From positions 184,264,001 through 184,328,000 of the forward strand of contig OZ024740.1 of the NCBI GenBank assembly GCA_964016885.1: a stretch of DNA of 64,000 nucleotides. Reading direction: 5' to 3'. Of the stretch, positions 23,863-37,600 are shown in pieces (position 1 is the first letter of the stretch; every line of letters begins with the position of its first letter). The notes beneath the pieces are model-generated. The model was not told the DNA's origin. It saw only the letters and a list, made by a program, of their open reading frames with translations, and did no database searches. The stretch comes from Eledone cirrhosa (taxonomy: Eukaryota). A program made the translations under genes and the position numbers.

Positions 23863-26214
23863 AATCTGCTCAGGCGTTTTGAACTGTCTGACAGGTACGG
23901 TTTGGATTTCCCGAATGTGCCAATGTGGACTTGGACAAACCACATAGGGTCATCCAGATCATATCTAGATAGAGTATTTTGTAGGGAAATACAAAGGTCT
24001 AGCATAGGCAGTCCACAATTCAAGATAGTCAGCTACACGGACCACACATTCGTGATCTGTGTGCTTGACTTAGATAGGCTTCATAGACGAGGACCCGGCT
24101 ACTGGAAGCTAAACGCGTCCTTACCAGCGCGCAAGGCATACAGAGACCGGATTAGCGAACTAGTTAAGCGGGCGTTGACGGGGGCCATCGTCAACAACAA
24201 GTGGTGGTTTGCTCTGAGAAGAGCGATTAAAATAGAGTCCATTAGGTTTAGTAGGGCTTTAGCAATAGAGAAAATTAGAGCAGAGAGAGAACAAGTTAGA
24301 AAATTAGACGAGGCGCTTAGCAGAGGCATCGCGACCGACGTACTTGCGGCGAAATTGGCCCTTGACCAATTCTTCAATGCAAAGAACGAAGGCTGCGTTG
24401 TCAGAGTTAGGGTGCGTGCTCTCAGACACGAAGGGACGGGCGCCATTCAATGGGACCGAGTGGCGGAGGCACATCGTCGCAAGAAAGCAACGATCCGGTC
24501 TTTGGTGGATCACGACGGTCGCATTCTACTCGATCCTGGGCAAATATGTGAAGCTTTTCAGCGACACTTCGCTCAGCTGTTCGGGGGCAGCGGTGGGCCG
24601 GGTCGAGGGATGGACTTTAGTGTCTACCTCGACGGACTGCCGCGGCTCTCGGCCACTGAGGCGGAGTGTTGCGAAAAGCCGATAACAGCCGCTGAAGTAC
24701 GAGAGGCAATCACTGGCTGCACAAGGGGTAAATCGCCTGGTTTGGATGGTCTGCTCTATGAACTTTACGTACAGATTCCAGATTTGTTCGGAGACCTCTT
24801 CGCGGACGTCTACTGCAACTGGCAACAGAACGGGATAAATCCCAGCTCTGTGAGCCGAGGAGCGGTGGCGCTGCAGAGAAAGGATCCGAACAAGGGGGAT
24901 AACATGGATAATTTCAGGCACATAACTCTGCTAAACACAGACTTCAAGATTTTGGCCAAGGTGCTAGCAAAGAGGTTAGCGCTTGTCGTTGGTGGTCTAG
25001 TGGGAGAGGCGCAGACATGTGCCATTCCCGACAGATCCATCCACGACAACCTCCACCTAATGCGATACCTCGTAGAGAGGGTAGCTAGGGAACCTGACAC
25101 GGGTGGGTCCTTGATCAATTTAGATCAGTCGAAAGCTTTCGATAGGGTCGACCATCGTTACCTGGCGGCAGTCCTGAAGGCGGCTGGCTTTGTGCCCGTC
25201 TTCAGAGGCTGGATCACTGCTATGCACAGCGACATCTGCTCTGTGGTGAGAGTGAAGGGTCACCTTTCAGAACCGTTCAACATCATGCGCTCGGTCCACC
25301 AAGAATGTCCCCTCTCGTCCCTATTGTACGTATTGACTCTCGATCAATTAATGCACGAACTGGAGACGTTGAGGGACGTCTCGCGCGTACTAGGATGCGG
25401 TAGATCCGTGTCAGCATATGCGGACGATGTCACTGTAGTTTTGTCGAACGACAAACACACCGAGGCGATCGGCACTACACTAAGAGAATACGAAGCGGTG
25501 ACAGGAGCAATGATCAACCAGGAAAAGTCAGTGGGCCTGCAGCGCGGCACCTGGAGAGGCAGTTCCATGCCGTCCAACAGCGTCGTCGGGCGCTGGATGG
25601 ACGGACCGGTAAAATTGCTATGGGTCTGGTTCGGTCCGGACCTCCAGACGGACAAAAACTGCCAGTTCGGGATAAACTCTACAGGCATGGAGGTGCCGTC
25701 AGCCGGGTTTGTCCGAGTTCCGCGCAGGGCAACTGAACCGTCCTGCACGCACTCGTCCAATGTCCGAGAATTGCTGACTTGTGGGTTTATGTCGAACACC
25801 TGCTGTCGCCTGTAGGACGGATCCGGCTATCAGCTGAGTCCACCGTGAGGATTTCCCCGCCCTCTTCCTTTAGCCGGGAAAGGCAGGCAGTTTTAATCTG
25901 TCTGGTGGCCATGGCGAAAGAGATATTATGATGGATACGGTTGAAAGGGCTGAAGACGAGCACTTCCCTCTTCGGTGATGCCTTGATTACCTTTTTCAAA
26001 TTTCATTTGAAAAGGAAAATCGGGGTAGAGAGGGAAGTGCTCTCTTCCCAGCATTTTGTTGAAAGATGGGTGAGAGAAGCAAGAATGGCCCGAGTGAATG
26101 GGCCTACTCTGAGTATGTGTCTGTAAATAAAGGTGGAAAACTGGGAGAGGGCACTTGCCCTGGTGGTCAGGGTCACTGTGGCTTTTTAATGGGCTTTCTC
26201 CACAAATGTCCCTC
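23863..26214 (+). mobile_element. Tx1-type copy 5, 5'-truncated inside APE, internal deletion at about 25660, 3' UTR cut short
   Basis: ORF 23806..25815 is close to ORF2 of copy 4 (YTDH, LDQSKAFD, YADD). Confidence 0.88.
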
Positions 26215-26221
26215 CAATTAG

Positions 26222-26450
26222 GGCAGTGGATTGGCAGTATCGGTAGAGTGTTGAATGTCTTGCAGGATAGAGTTATGGCGTTTTACAATCTGGTCTGAGT
26301 TCAAATCTTGCCGAGGTTAGCTTTGCTTTTTATCTTAATGGGGTCAATAAAGTAAAGTACTAGTCATGCACTGGAGTCAATTTAATCAACTTTTCCCTTT
26401 CCCTTCCTCACAAATTGTGCCTAAATCTGAAACCATTATTATTATTATTT
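26222..26450 (+). mobile_element. SINE family 1 copy
   Basis: GGATTGGCAGTATCGGTAGAG...GAGTTCAAATC...(ATT)n. Confidence 0.75.
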
Positions 26451-27549
26451 AATCTTATTTTCATTGAGTGCTTCACTGTGTATACATATATTATTACAAA
26501 ATTTTACAAGTCATAATTTTATTGTCCTACATCACACTAAAAGTTGCTGTTCTCTATTTAGAAACTAAAAGTTGCTGTTCTCCATTTGAAAAAGCATCAA
26601 ATCCATCATAAATTATTTCCAAATCAATGATGTATAGTTCTTAATAATGCAATGTGATCTTTAGTAGATTAACCTTCAATAGTAAGATATATTTTTAAAT
26701 TTTATTGCATTCCAACAATTTATTCTTCACATCATCGAAGAAAAATTAATAATTCATAATTATGGAATATGTTGCTATTAAGTTGTTTAATTTTTCATTT
26801 TCCAAGTGTTTCAATAAATATAACTAAGTTTCATATCACTCAACAAAAGCACAAATTACAGTTAAAATTCAATGATTATATGAATAACATTGCATTGAAA
26901 GAAAATTTCATATACAATTTGCTCTTGCAACAAATGTATATTGTCTACTATATAATGAAACAGGTAAGGAAAAAGGAAATAACAATGTGAATTCAACAGC
27001 ATTTAAAGTTATAAAATGGCTAGATGATTCAACATCTTTGATATGAATTCAGTTTATGACAAAAATATATTTTATCTATTATGAAAAGTAAAATGATAGC
27101 CAATAAGTATGTTAACATCAATATTGTAAAGCTGATAAAGCACAAATTTTCTTGACTGGTTTTCTCAAAAGAGGTTTCACGACTACATACAAAGGTATAG
27201 AGAGAAAGGAAACAGCAATGTGTAATTCCCATATAGTTAGAAACGTTTTAGAATTTAATGTAAACTGAATTATATTCATATTACCTGAAAAATTGTAACT
27301 GGCAAATATCTGCTTGTTGTATAATAAATACTCATCATCATCATCACCATTACTTGACAAAGTCTCACCACAATTCAGGATTTTCCAGTTTTGGCAATTG
27401 CCCCATACTGAGGTTTTTATCGTCTTTGAGTTGATATATGAATGTTCAAGCAGGTTTACCTCTACTACACCTCTCGTGAGTTGGCTACAACTAGTAAGCT
27501 AGGTTAACTCCACCTTTTTCATATATTTCCATGTTACTTCTCTAACGTT

Positions 27550-28590
27550 TGTAGTCCAGAACCTTTCTCATTATTTGGGTTGTTCCAAGTAGCCATGTCT
27601 TCTGGTGTGGTTCAATCCATCGTGCAAAGTCTATTTTTGACAGGTAACTTTTAAGGTTATTTGTTACAATGCCAAGAGTGCCAATCACCACTGGGACAAT
27701 GGTGATTGTCTTCACTTTATTTCTCTAGCATTTCAAGATCTTATATTATAATTCAATATAAGATCCTACTTTCTGCTACTCATTTCTATCAATTCTGGTA
27801 TCAAAAGGACACGCTACATCTATGAGAGAACAGTTTGTTCTCTATTACAACAATATCTTGTCAGTTGTGTTCAATCTTAATCTCAATCTAAATCGGGAAG
27901 TGCAATTTTCTAGCTCTCTCATCTCACTAGTGGCACTATATTCCTAGCTTTTTCTGCACATGGAAAACCATACATTTTACACAAGCTCCAGTGCAACATT
28001 GTAGCCACTTAATCATGTCTGCCTTTTCATGATCATTCTGGGCTAACTGTTTACATTCTGAAATGTGTTTTCCCTTCAAATTCTGCTTTCAGCTTGAATA
28101 ACCCTTTTTGTCTATGTTTTTCATTACCCATTTATTCTTATGGTTTGATCTTGCGCTGCTAAGATATGTCCTTCCATTTCTTTCTTAATGTAGCTTTTTC
28201 TTAAACATAACCAAGTATTTTTGATACCATAAAAAGTTTATTGTCTCCTAAAGGAATGCTGAAATCAGAGGCTTTTTATTAAATGTTTTTATGCTTTTAG
28301 CTATCACAGTTTTGTGTTTTCGAGGGTCTCCATTTTTCTCAAGAATGTCTTCCATGACAACCTCCAATATGAGCTTTTCTTCCTTATTAACTATGTAGAA
28401 GCTCATACGACTTTCTTCTATTTTGACAGCATCCTGTATGCTCAGCAATTCCCTGCCACCCTCTTCTCTTTCCCAATAGAGGCTGTCTATATCGCCTTGT
28501 GAGTGCATAATTAAATAGATTATGAGTATTTTATGTGCTTTCCGAACAATTTCCTTCAAATCTACTTTTGTCCAGTTTCTTCTGAAGATT
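27550..28590 (-). pseudogene. Decayed R4/Dong-type 3' fragment
   Basis: WTKVDLKEIVRK...GDIDSLYWEREEGGRELLSIQD, followed by remnants of the DVACPFD endonuclease region. Confidence 0.65.
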
Positions 28591-28900
28591 CCTTCCATGA
28601 CACTGCTAAGTGAGGTCAGGGAGGCAGGTCTACTTCCTTTTTTATAAATAGGACATATTGTGCATTATTTTAGTTTTCTGGGTAGTTTACCCCTTGCAAG
28701 GAATCTATGGAAGAGGATCTGTAGTGGTTTTACTAATATCCATGTGCATGTTTTTAGGAGGACTACTGGCAATCCATCAGGGTCAGTGCCTGAATTTGGT
28801 CTTGTGTCATCTATGGCTGATATTACATCTTTCTTCTTTAAATCTATATGGTATTTGGTTGCCATTTCTTTGTGTAATGTAATGGTGTTAAAGAATTCAT
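28590..28900 (-). pseudogene. APE-type LINE RT N-terminal fragment (CR1/I-like)
   Basis: DVISAID...SGTDPDGLPVVLLKTC...LVKPLQILF...PIYKKG. Confidence 0.55.
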
Positions 28901-28914
28901 CTGGCTTATTTATT

Positions 28915-28972
<58 letters not shown>

Positions 28973-29760
28973 TATATAAATATATATGATGGCTGCAACT
29001 CGTCTTTGAGCAATGCCATTGCTTGATATTCAAGCATGAGCATCACTAACTTGGCCCTTTAGTCCCGCCAGGAACCTGCCTATAGCCAGCGATGCCTGTG
29101 TCTGAAATTTGTTTAAGTAAGGAAAAGCTTTTCATCATCATCATCCTCCTCATCATCATCATCGTTTAACATCTATCTTCCACGCTAGCATGGGTTTAGA
29201 CGGGAATTGTCCTGCTTGAGGCAAGGTTGGTCGGGTGACCATGTCTCACTCATATAGCACTGTCTGGCAGGTTTTCTATGGCTGGATGCCCTTCCTAACA
29301 CCAACCATGTTTACTGTGTTGACTGGGAGGCTTTTACCGTGTTACCTACACAGTTTTCAATGAGGTCAATTCCACTCTCTTAACATCGAATGCATTTAAC
29401 CAAAAAGAAGAACTGGTTTAAATCAGTGGATGCAAATGAAGTATCAAGTTTTATGCTAGAGTGACTTTGTCCTAATGAGATATCTTAATGAAGGTTAGGA
29501 GACTTTTGTTCCACCAAAAAAAAAACTTTCTTGACGGCTGTTGCCTCTCCTGAGTTCCTCCACTCTTTGACAGGTTTTATTTTTCATCCCACTGGGTGTC
29601 CAAAATCACACTCCTCACCAATCAAGCTTGGTGTAGTTGCCAGTTTAGTCACCAACAACCCAATCATGCACAGGTTGTACTGGGCTACATGTTGCCAGTA
29701 GCGCTAAAGAGAGACATAATATACAAGCAGGGAAAAGCGGACGTAAAATGATGATGATGA

Positions 29761-29802
<42 letters not shown>

Positions 29803-29835
29803 TATACATATATATATATATATATCTACGTATAC

Positions 29836-29950
29836 ATAGCAAAAGAGTCAGGATTCAGATGGCTGAGCTCCGGCTGTTTTGACAGCTAAATCGGATCTAG
29901 CTGTCGGATTGGCTGGAGCTCAGCTGTCAGGGTCCTGACTCTTTTCCTAT
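29836..29950 (+). other. Long G-U-rich hairpin (about 48-bp stem, 9-nt loop)
   Basis: 29841..29888 pairs with 29898..29945: 37 Watson-Crick pairs, 9 G-U pairs, 2 mismatches on the + strand. Confidence 0.85.
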
Positions 29951-30664
29951 TACCTCTCTACTATTGAGTACTCTGGTGCGTTATGGTCCACCTGGTATCT
30001 TACCAAACCACGCTCTATCATCCATCTTTCTAAAAAAATAAATCATAAACAGCATCAACAGTTTTCCAAGAGATGTCAACATGAATGAACCTGTTATTTT
30101 TATCTAAAGACATGTTTTCCAGTTCCAACCCGACCGTCCCTTCAATCTATCTTATTTTGCATTATTTCTTCTGATAAAGGATTAGCGTCCGAAACGTTAA
30201 AACCCTCTTCGTGCTATTTCAAGCGTTAACATAATATATTCCTTCCATACACTGTACTGATTGTGTTGTTATTTCTGTTTACATTTTACACACACACACA
30301 TATATATATATATACACATGATTTTGAGTAATGCTGTTGGTTGATACTTAAAAATGTGCAGCATGGATGGGACTTTTAGCCTGACATGCCATGCATTGCA
30401 AAAGAAGCCCCATATCAAGCGGTACCAGTGCTTGAAGCCTCTCTAAGAAAGGAAGGGCTTTGCACGAAACCAATCCCACTCTCTGAACAGCGAATGCATT
30501 TACCCAAAAAATAGAACTGGTCTACATAATTGGATGCAACGAAGTCACAGGTTTTATGGCGGGGTAACCTTCTCATAGAGATGTGTCTTAATGAAGCATA
30601 GTCGTTTCTCTTCCCCCCCCCTCTACACCACCACCCCAAAAATGTATACAGACACACGTAAATT

Positions 30665-30698
<34 letters not shown>

Positions 30699-30785
30699 AT
30701 ATTGAGATAAGCGGGACAAGCAAAATTCAAACATTCTTTCAAAATAAATTCAAAAACTATCATTTAAATATTTACTTATCGATAT

Positions 30786-30866
30786 TGCTTTTACCGACGG
30801 TTTCGCCTCACAAATGATTGGAAAAACAAGGGACTTCCAATGGAAAGTTCGGCTCTTCAGAAAGCA
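30786..30866 (-). ncRNA. Type I hammerhead ribozyme (family A)
   Basis: UGCUUU-CUGAAGA-GCC...GGC-GAAA-CCGUCGG-UA-AAAGCA. Confidence 0.85.
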
Positions 30867-31671
30867 TTTTCCCTTACTCAGGACATAAAGTCCCACAGCC
30901 AGCAAATATATTGCCTTAAGCCAGCTAGTGCAGGATCGAATGGGGCCGTAAACGTAACCTACACGTGAACTGGTCGTTAGTAGAAGCAGGAGTAGTAGCA
31001 GAGACGTGTTGTCTGCCACACCACTAAAAATAGCAGCTAGCTATACAACGGATTTCTTCTCTACACATGGGAGAATATACATAAAATGAGATCAATATCC
31101 CCGCAGGTACTAAGTACCCTCGGAAATATATAGGGTGTCTATGATACAGTTGTTGTTCAATAGTATTAATTTGACATACCAGAACTATAAAATTGAGATA
31201 AGTGGCACAAGCAAAATTCAAACAATCTTTGAAAATAAATTCAAAAAATATCATTTAAATATTTACCTATCCATATTGCTTTTACCGACGGTTTCGCCTC
31301 ACAAAAGATTGGAAATCCATGGGAATTCCAATGTCCTGCTTATCTCAATTTTATAGTTCTGGTATGTCAAATTAATACCATTGAACAACAACTGTATCAT
31401 AGACACCCTATTTATTTGAGAGGGTACTTAGTACCTGCAGGGATTTTGATCTCATTTTATGTATATTCTCCCATGTGAAGAGGAAAAATCCGTCGTTCAC
31501 CCAGCTGCTATTTTTAGTGGTGTGGAAGACAACACGTCTATGCTACTCCCACTTCTACTAATGAGCAGTTCACGTGTAGCTCACATTTACGGCCCCATTC
31601 GATCCTGCACTAGCTGGCTGAAGGCAATATATTTGCCGGCTGTGGGACTTTATGTCCTATGTAAGGGAACA

Positions 31672-31752
31672 TGCTTTCTGAAGAGCCGAACTTTCCACTG
31701 GAAGTCACTCGTATTTCCAATCTTTTGTGAGGCGAAACCGTCGGTAAAAGCA
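31672..31752 (+). ncRNA. Type I hammerhead ribozyme (family A)
   Basis: UGCUUU-CUGAAGA-GCC(43 nt)GGC-GAAA-CCGUCGG-UA^AAAGCA; predicted cleavage after 31746. Confidence 0.85.
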
Positions 31753-31948
31753 ATATGGATAGGTACATTTTTAAATGATATTTTTGAATTTATTTTCAAA
31801 GATTGTTTGAATTTTGCTTGTGCCACTTATCTCAATTTTATAGTTCTGGTATGTCAAATTAATACCATTGAACAACAACTGTATCATAGACACCCTATAT
31901 ATTTCCAAGGGTACTTAGTACCTGTAGGAATATTGATCTCATTTTACG

Positions 31949-33234
<1,286 letters not shown>

Positions 33235-33583
33235 TCCTTTTTTTATTCAGCATTCTGCATGGAATAAACAAGGTCTTCTCTTGTAAAGCAATATGGATGC
33301 AGCATTTTCTGGCTGCAATGTGTAATTGTGTGTATTACTTTCTTATTTTCCCAAGAATTTTTATACATTTTTTTAAATACATATTTATCGACTTTTATAT
33401 CCAAAAACCTTCTGGCAGCTTCCCTTATCAACAACACATACAGAATGAAGTTTGTTTGTTTTTATTTATTTTCATATTTATTCTTACACCTGTTTGCTAA
33501 TGAGTGAATATCTCAGAAATGTTCATATAAACAAAAGAGTGTATTTTTATACAGATACGATAGCTTACATGTACATACACATA

Positions 33584-33643
<60 letters not shown>

Positions 33644-35956
33644 TGTACACACACAAACACACATATATGTAACATACATGGAAACATTCAACCATATACT
33701 CATGTATAGGTTTTCTTAAATATTCTTGCTAATTGAATTGTAGGGATACCAGCAATGATATATAACATCTTCTTCATATCCATTATTCACTTGCTCAGTA
33801 TCAACATCATAGTTGGGCTTTTCTGTGTCCCTATGTGTTGGATGTGTTTATAGTATATGCTCATCCTTATCATCAGCTCTCAGTTTTGTGTCATTAAATC
33901 AATGAGGGTTAATGTGTATCAAACACCTCCACTTCACACTATTTCTTCTCTGAACGTTTACCTTTACCTAGCGTCCAGCACATATTACCGAAACACTTGT
34001 TAAAACACTTATACACATGACATATCCATATATATATATCACACACAACTCTCACTTGTCCTCTTTCAATAATGTATTTTATGCCATGCTGTTTTCTCGT
34101 CCTGCTTGTAACTTTATTTGTTATGCAACATAACTATTGTTCATACAACATATCAACATCAGCCTCTTGTTCACCTGCTGGCCTAAATCTTAAACATTGA
34201 ATATCAATTTCTACCTGCCATATAGTATTATTTTTTTTATGTCTCATACAGCCTGACTTTTGCTCATGAGAGTTTAGTCAATGGAAGAAAGACAGCATTC
34301 AAGTCTTTTTTCAGAGTCAGTTTGCATGAAAGAATATAGAGAACTTTTCCATTTTTATTTATGTAGTAGGTAGTACATGTTATCATACACTTGAATACTA
34401 ATTGTCACCTAAAGTCAACTGGGTGTCCATCTTCATGGTGTAATTATTTTCCAAGCTGTTAAACCAACCAATAACAGACTTCTAGTTTCACAAGAATATT
34501 TCATGTATATTTCAAGATTATATGATGATATAATCAGGATGTCCAGGTTTTGAAATAGGGTATGTCATGCATTGTTCTATCTTTATTTCCAGCTGGTCTA
34601 TATGGAGGAAAGTGGGGGAAATGATAAAGAAAATAATTGTTTCTACTTTTGGCACAAATATATAATGTAATGTAATGTGAAATAGTTGAGTCTAATATAA
34701 CAGTTGAGTATAATATAATGTAACATAATGTAATACAATGTAATATAAAATGTTCCACAAACAATGTAATTCATTTTAAAGAGTATATAAATTATGAGAA
34801 ACTTAATCAGTTGAGAGATAATTCTTTTCCCTAGATATTACTTAGATCTATTACAAATGGTTAGATCAGGCTTCTGTCTGCTACTGGCCTCATGTAGCCC
34901 AGTACAACATACTTCCTATCAAGTAGTCAGCAACTAAACTGCCCCCCGCCCCCACCAACACCACCACCAGATTGTGGTCTGGTGAAGAGGATAATTGGAA
35001 CCCCAGCAGCACGAAAAAGCAAGATCTCTAAAAAGGGCGAGTGAACTCCTTATAGTCAAGAGTCGCCCCACCCCCACGACAAAAAAAAACTATGGGTTAA
35101 ATAGCTTTGCCAACCCACAATTGGTCAAGAATGGTGAGTATGGTTGCATTCCTGATGTAATAAAAACCAAACAGACAGTGGTGGAGGTCAACCAGATAAG
35201 AGTTCCTCAAACAGGAGTGAGAAGGCCCTGGGTTGGATTACAAATGACACTTAAGTCAATTTTGAAATATTTAAATTAAGAAAAAGTCTTATATCCCTAA
35301 CTAGAAATAATTAATTAGAAATGAACAAACGAAAATATTGGCTACTAATATGACTACTAACTTCTTAATTATTTTGCCAAATAACTTTTGACATATTTTT
35401 GATTTATTATGACATCTTCAGTGAAACATTAAAAAATAATGATACAGAGTTTGACATAAAGCTAGATAAACTGAGGCGATATAGAATGAAAGTCTTGTGC
35501 CTGGAAAACAAACTAAATGTTTGATCATAGCTGCATTCCATAGAAGTGTATCTTTTATGTAGTTCTTTTTATCATCAACACAAAGTTTTGTTTGTCTTTT
35601 GAAAGTTAAGGAGTGTTGCATTATTAGATATCAATATTTGATATCACCACCGTTCAAAGTGTCAATGAGTATTTGTGTGTGTTTGAGGGAGAGGGAGTAA
35701 GAGTGTCTGTGTGCAAGGTCTTGTACATAAAAATGTGCTGTATGATTAAAAGGTTCTCCTGTTGACAATTATATTATGTCTCTGTTTAATAATATATTTC
35801 AATACTGTCTTTATGCTGCAGGCTAGATAATTAGTTTGTATGATCTTGAAATACAGATAAGATACATCACAGCAATAACAATAAAATAAACAATACATAA
35901 ATGAATGATGAAAGATATAAAAAGAGGAATTATTTTATGTAATGTTTGTGTGTCAG

Positions 35957-36099
<143 letters not shown>

Positions 36100-36230
36100 G
36101 TGAGGTTTTTTTTACAAAATGAAAAATAACCGAGGTGTCCTACACGAGTGAAAGTATAAAGAAAAAGAGATGAAATCGAAAATGCAACTGAAGTCTTATT
36201 TTTTTTTTAAATATATATATTTATTTGGTT

Positions 36231-36268
36231 CCTTTACCGGTTTCGCAGTTCTTCTGCTTTTCAAAAGG
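36231..36268 (-). ncRNA. Minimal type I hammerhead, U3-A8 core variant (family B)
   Basis: CCUU-UUGAAAA-GCAG(AAGAA)CUGC-GAAA-CCGG-UA-AAGG. Confidence 0.7.
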
Positions 36269-36298
36269 TGAGTTGAGATGGAGGGTCTGTGGTTTTTC

Positions 36299-36358
<60 letters not shown>

Positions 36359-37049
36359 AATATATGTGTGTGTGTGTACGTGTGCGTGTGTGTATATATA
36401 TATATATATATGATATATTTTGCTGAACTCCTTATTGTAGACTTTTTTTTCGGAATGTTTTTGACTGTTGTTTCATGTAAACAAACGTTTGTCTCATTCG
36501 GACGTCACCAGCCCTGTTTCCACATGTGCGTTTTATTTTCATAATCACTCATGATGTTGAACTAGTCTGCTTTTAAATTCCCTTTTTGGCATATTATAAT
36601 CAGTGAGATTTTGGCTCTCGTGTTGAGCTCTGCTGAGGATCGGATTCCAACCGTGACCATCCCCACTGAAAGTTTTCGTGAATTAGTATTTTCAAGACTA
36701 TACAGAGCATTTGTAGTTTTTCCAAATTGAAGGATGAGTATTTTAAACTTTATTTTATCATGAGTTAACACTCTATTGATTTTTCCTTGCATTTCACTAA
36801 ATTCTGTTGAAAGAATCTATATCCTGATTCTTTTTGAATTGAGTTTGAATTATTTTTCCCACATCTTACGTTAACTATTTTCCCATTTTGACGCTACAGT
36901 CACTTATATATTATGGAATACTGTTGGCTTCTTGCTACAATAATTTCTATACCTTTCATTTATATGATATATATATATGATATATATATGATATATATAT
37001 ATTTATATATATATATGATATATATGTGATATATATATACATATATATA

Positions 37050-37085
<36 letters not shown>

Positions 37086-37099
37086 TATATATCCTATAT

Positions 37100-37202
<103 letters not shown>

Positions 37203-37307
37203 ATATATATGATAAATATATATATATATGAACAAACACACAATCTCAGCCCCATTCCAGAATGGAAACCAGTGGCAGCATCAACATTTGTTGAAAATAA
37301 CTATAAT

Positions 37308-37385
<78 letters not shown>

Positions 37386-37445
37386 AAATATTAAAAAAAT
37401 AATGAATAAAACAATGAAACAGTTCCTTATATTAAACAAAAAATG

Positions 37446-37600
37446 TTCATTATTTAACGATCGTTTCTAGGATATATATGTGTTAGAATTGGCATGCATA
37501 TTCAACAGATCTATGTACAAAATTATACAAAATTATACAAACTATCAAAATTAAATATACATAACAAACACATATATATGCCGTCTTCAGAAATAATGAA
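37446..37600 (-). ncRNA. Type I hammerhead with very long helix II (family C)
   Basis: Mirror copy of 42043..42197. Confidence 0.75.

Larger units (their letters stand above)
30699..31948. mobile_element. Hammerhead-containing retrozyme/PLE-pLTR-like element: about 490-bp unit, about 1.3 copies on (-) then about 1.25 copies on (+), flanked by (TA)n
   Basis: ATTGAGATAAG recurs at 30701 and 31192; inversion near 31335; CTTATCTCAAT recurs at about 31339 and 31826. Confidence 0.8.

Noticed and set aside
23855-23870. Back-splicing or circular RNA origin of the Tx1/Dong junctions
   Set aside because: No GT donor or AG acceptor sits at the Dong breakpoint (antisense continues CTCCAG|CCC)
26500-27300. 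Possible decayed Penelope RT on the minus strand
   Set aside because: Only faint motifs (SLYT, FDD) in multiply broken frames
30165-30205. Hammerhead-like CUGAUAA-AGGA...UCC-GAAACGUU
   Set aside because: C3-A8 mismatch and poor helix I; probably a decayed copy, so not counted
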